NCBI RefSeq assembly: GCF_009914755.1
Contig: NC_060934.1
Origin: the human T2T-CHM13v2.0 reference genome, Homo sapiens
Length of the DNA: 64,000 nt
Reading direction: 5' to 3' (one strand)
Positions 55,776 to 64,000 of this stretch are shown piece after piece. Numbering within the stretch: position 1 is the stretch's first letter; every line of letters starts with the position of its first letter. The position numbers were made by a program, and so were the translations under genes. The notes under the pieces were generated by a model, which ran no database searches, was not told the DNA's origin, and saw nothing but the letters and a program-made list of their open reading frames with translations.

Positions 55776-56489
55776 CTAGAATTCAAGTCTCCCAACCTTT
55801 AGAGACCAGGATCTTGTCTCCCACTCTTCCCAAGATTATGCTCTCTCAGCAGAGGTCACCATGACTAATTGGGTGCTTGATTAACTTAACAAGTACTTAC
55901 TGAGAGTCTAATGTGTGCACATTTCTATGGTAAGTTCAACCACAGAAACCACAGATACAAATTCAATGAGAAAGAGAATACAGGCTTTGAAACAAAGGAA
56001 CCCAGGAGAGCAAATGCTGCTTAATCACACAGTTCTACAGATAAAAACTCCAGTATGACCTCATTTAATTACATCTGCAAAGATCCTATTTCCAAATAAG
56101 GTCACATTCTAAGGTAATGGGGGTCAGGACTTCAACATGAATTTTGAGGAGATAAAATTAGCTCCTAACACAAAAGGCAGGAGGAAGACAGATGAGGTAA
56201 AGATTCTAAGCCCATTGCATTTTCTGGAAAAAGGCAAAGAAATTCAAACAAGCCTGTGGTAAATTATCCAGTAAAAATAAAATGAAAAGAGTATAGAACT
56301 GCATCAATTTCATAGAAAGGAGAAACAAAATATTAAATATTAATCCAAAAGAAAGCAAAAGAGGACACAGGAACAAATTTGAAACAAGAAGGATAAACAG
56401 CAAATCCTAATAGACTTAACCCCCAAATGTCAGTATTAATATTATATATAAATGAATTTAACGCTTACCTCAAATTTCAAAAACAGTAA

Positions 56490-57369
<880 letters not shown>

Positions 57370-57440
57370 GTAACACCTAAATAATAATAAGACTAAAAAC
57401 CATATGCAAACAGGAGGCAGTGTCAGAAAGATTTCTGTAA

Positions 57441-57760
<320 letters not shown>

Positions 57761-57769
57761 ATAAACTAT

Positions 57770-62364
<4,595 letters not shown>

Positions 62365-62365
<1 letters not shown>

Positions 62366-62500
62366 GATGTGTGCTGTCTAATATGGTAGCTGTCAGTTGA
62401 AACTATTTAAAGTAAAATTTAAAGTATTTACAGGCCAACACAATTTAAAATCTAGTCTCTCAGTCATACTAGTCAAATTTCAATTGCTCAAGAGCCACAT
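62365..62500. mobile_element. MER3/MER33-like hAT fragment
   Basis: GTGCTGTCTAATATGGTAGC...CTCAGTCATACTAGTCAAATTTCAATTGCTCAAGAGCCACAT. Confidence 0.6.
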
Positions 62501-62502
62501 AC

Positions 62503-62820
62503 TGAGAAAGGAATAATACAAGGTGGTCCCTGAGAGGAATAATACAAGGTGATCGCGGGAGAATAGAAAATTTCAGGCAGCAGTTTCACACGACTAGCAA
62601 AAGGAATCTATTGAAATAGCTGCAGCTAGGGACCGATAAGACCCTGAAAACCCAGGAGTAGATCAAGCTGGCTAAGACCAACTGGTTCCCACATGGCACT
62701 GGATTTGACCTAGGTTTCACCTAGAACCTCATTATATGCTCATTAACATACAAAAATCACACACCTACCAGTATTATGACAGTTTCAGGAACATCCATAT
62801 TTAGTGTAAAACTGGGTGAC
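62503..62820 (+). mobile_element. MER41-family (MER41D-like) LTR 5' half
   Basis: GGAATAATACAAGGTG...GAGAATAGAAAATTTCAGGCAGCAGTTTCAC...GGATTTGACCTAGGTTTCACCTAG; truncated at the Alu. Confidence 0.7.
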
Positions 62821-62821
62821 A

Positions 62822-63137
62822 GGCCGGGTGCCGTAGCTCACGTTTGTAATCCCAGCACTTTGGGAGGCCGAGGCGGGCAGATCACCTGAGGTCAGGAGTT
62901 TGAGACCAGCCTGGCCAACATGGTGAAACCCTGTCTCTACTAAAAATACAAAAAATTAGCTGGGCATGGTGGCATGCACCTGTAATCCCAGCTACTCAGG
63001 AGGCTGAGGCAGGAGAATTGCTTGAACCCAGGAGGCAGAGGTTACAGTGAGCTGAGAAGATCGCGCCACTGCACTCCAGCCTGGGTGACAGAGCAAGATT
63101 CTGTCTCCAAAAAAAAAAAAACAAAAAAAAAAACAAC
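62822..63137 (+). mobile_element. AluSx
   Basis: Full-length Alu. Confidence 0.93.
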
Positions 63138-63160
63138 AACTGGAAACAATGAAAATATTC

Positions 63161-63454
<294 letters not shown>

Positions 63455-63736
63455 AAAAATATTCTTAAATAGAGAAATAATTACATGAACTGTAGTACAG
63501 GCATACAATGGAATATTCAGCAATAAAAAGAAATCTACTGATACACTCAAACATTTGGATGAATCTCAAGGGCATTATGCTAACTATAAAAGTTGATCTC
63601 AAGAGGTCACATACTGAATGATTCCATTTAGATCCTCAAAATGATATTAGATCATCAATGTCATTAGACCCTCAAAATGACAAAACTGTAGAGAATTGGT
63701 TGTCAGAGGTTAAGGAGGGTGAGTAGGGGATAGGTA

Positions 63737-64000
63737 TGTAAACCAAAACTAAAATTTGAAGCTCCCCAAACCAAATTTATGGACCTCCACTGAGGTCCAA
63801 GGGATCCCAAAGAAAACTTGAAAAACTAGGTCAGGCCATGATGGGAAGGGAAGTTAGATATGCCTCATTATACCCTCCTCCCTTTGGAGTTTAGGCACAA
63901 CTGACCAAAAATTAACATTAAAATGGAGATCATAAGACTGACAAAACAGATTCTTTGTAGCAATAGGATACCAAATTCCAACCTTTGGTATATTATCACA
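63737..64000 (+). mobile_element. MER4-group (ERV1) LTR, runs off the window
   Basis: TGTAAACCAAAA...GAAAAACTAGGTCAGGCCATGATGGGAAGG...ATGCCTCATTATACCCTCCTCCCTTTGG. Confidence 0.8.

Overview
Hominoid (most likely human) genomic DNA, almost all of it one long intron of DNAJC1 (ERdj1/MTJ1), which is transcribed on the minus strand. The only host coding exon I can support is a 120-bp phase-0/phase-0 exon at 1043-1162 encoding most of the first SANT/Myb domain (APEWTEEDLSQLTRSMVKFPGGTPGRWEKIAHELGRSVTD). The rest is dominated by transposons: about 35 Alus, old L1M/L2/MIR fragments, solo LTRs (MER11C, THE1C, MER41A, MER21, MLT1, MER4-group), a degraded class III (HERV-S/HERVL40-like) provirus with a tRNA-Ser(GCT) primer-binding site and an env relic, and hAT DNA transposons. 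The centrepiece is a full-length, dead L1PA4-like element (29369-37299, antisense to DNAJC1) with a full-length SVA inserted into its endonuclease GDFN motif. The most interesting hypothesis is that this L1's antisense promoter and intact, extended ORF0 point toward the SANT exon, and a phase-0 donor at 29566 would splice 85 ORF0 codons in frame onto it, giving a soluble ORF0-SANT fusion without the J domain or membrane anchor. This is a sequence-based inference only. Repeat subfamily calls come from recalled consensus features, not a database search, and most repeat boundaries are approximate. No prokaryotic systems, CRISPR arrays or RNA genes were seen.
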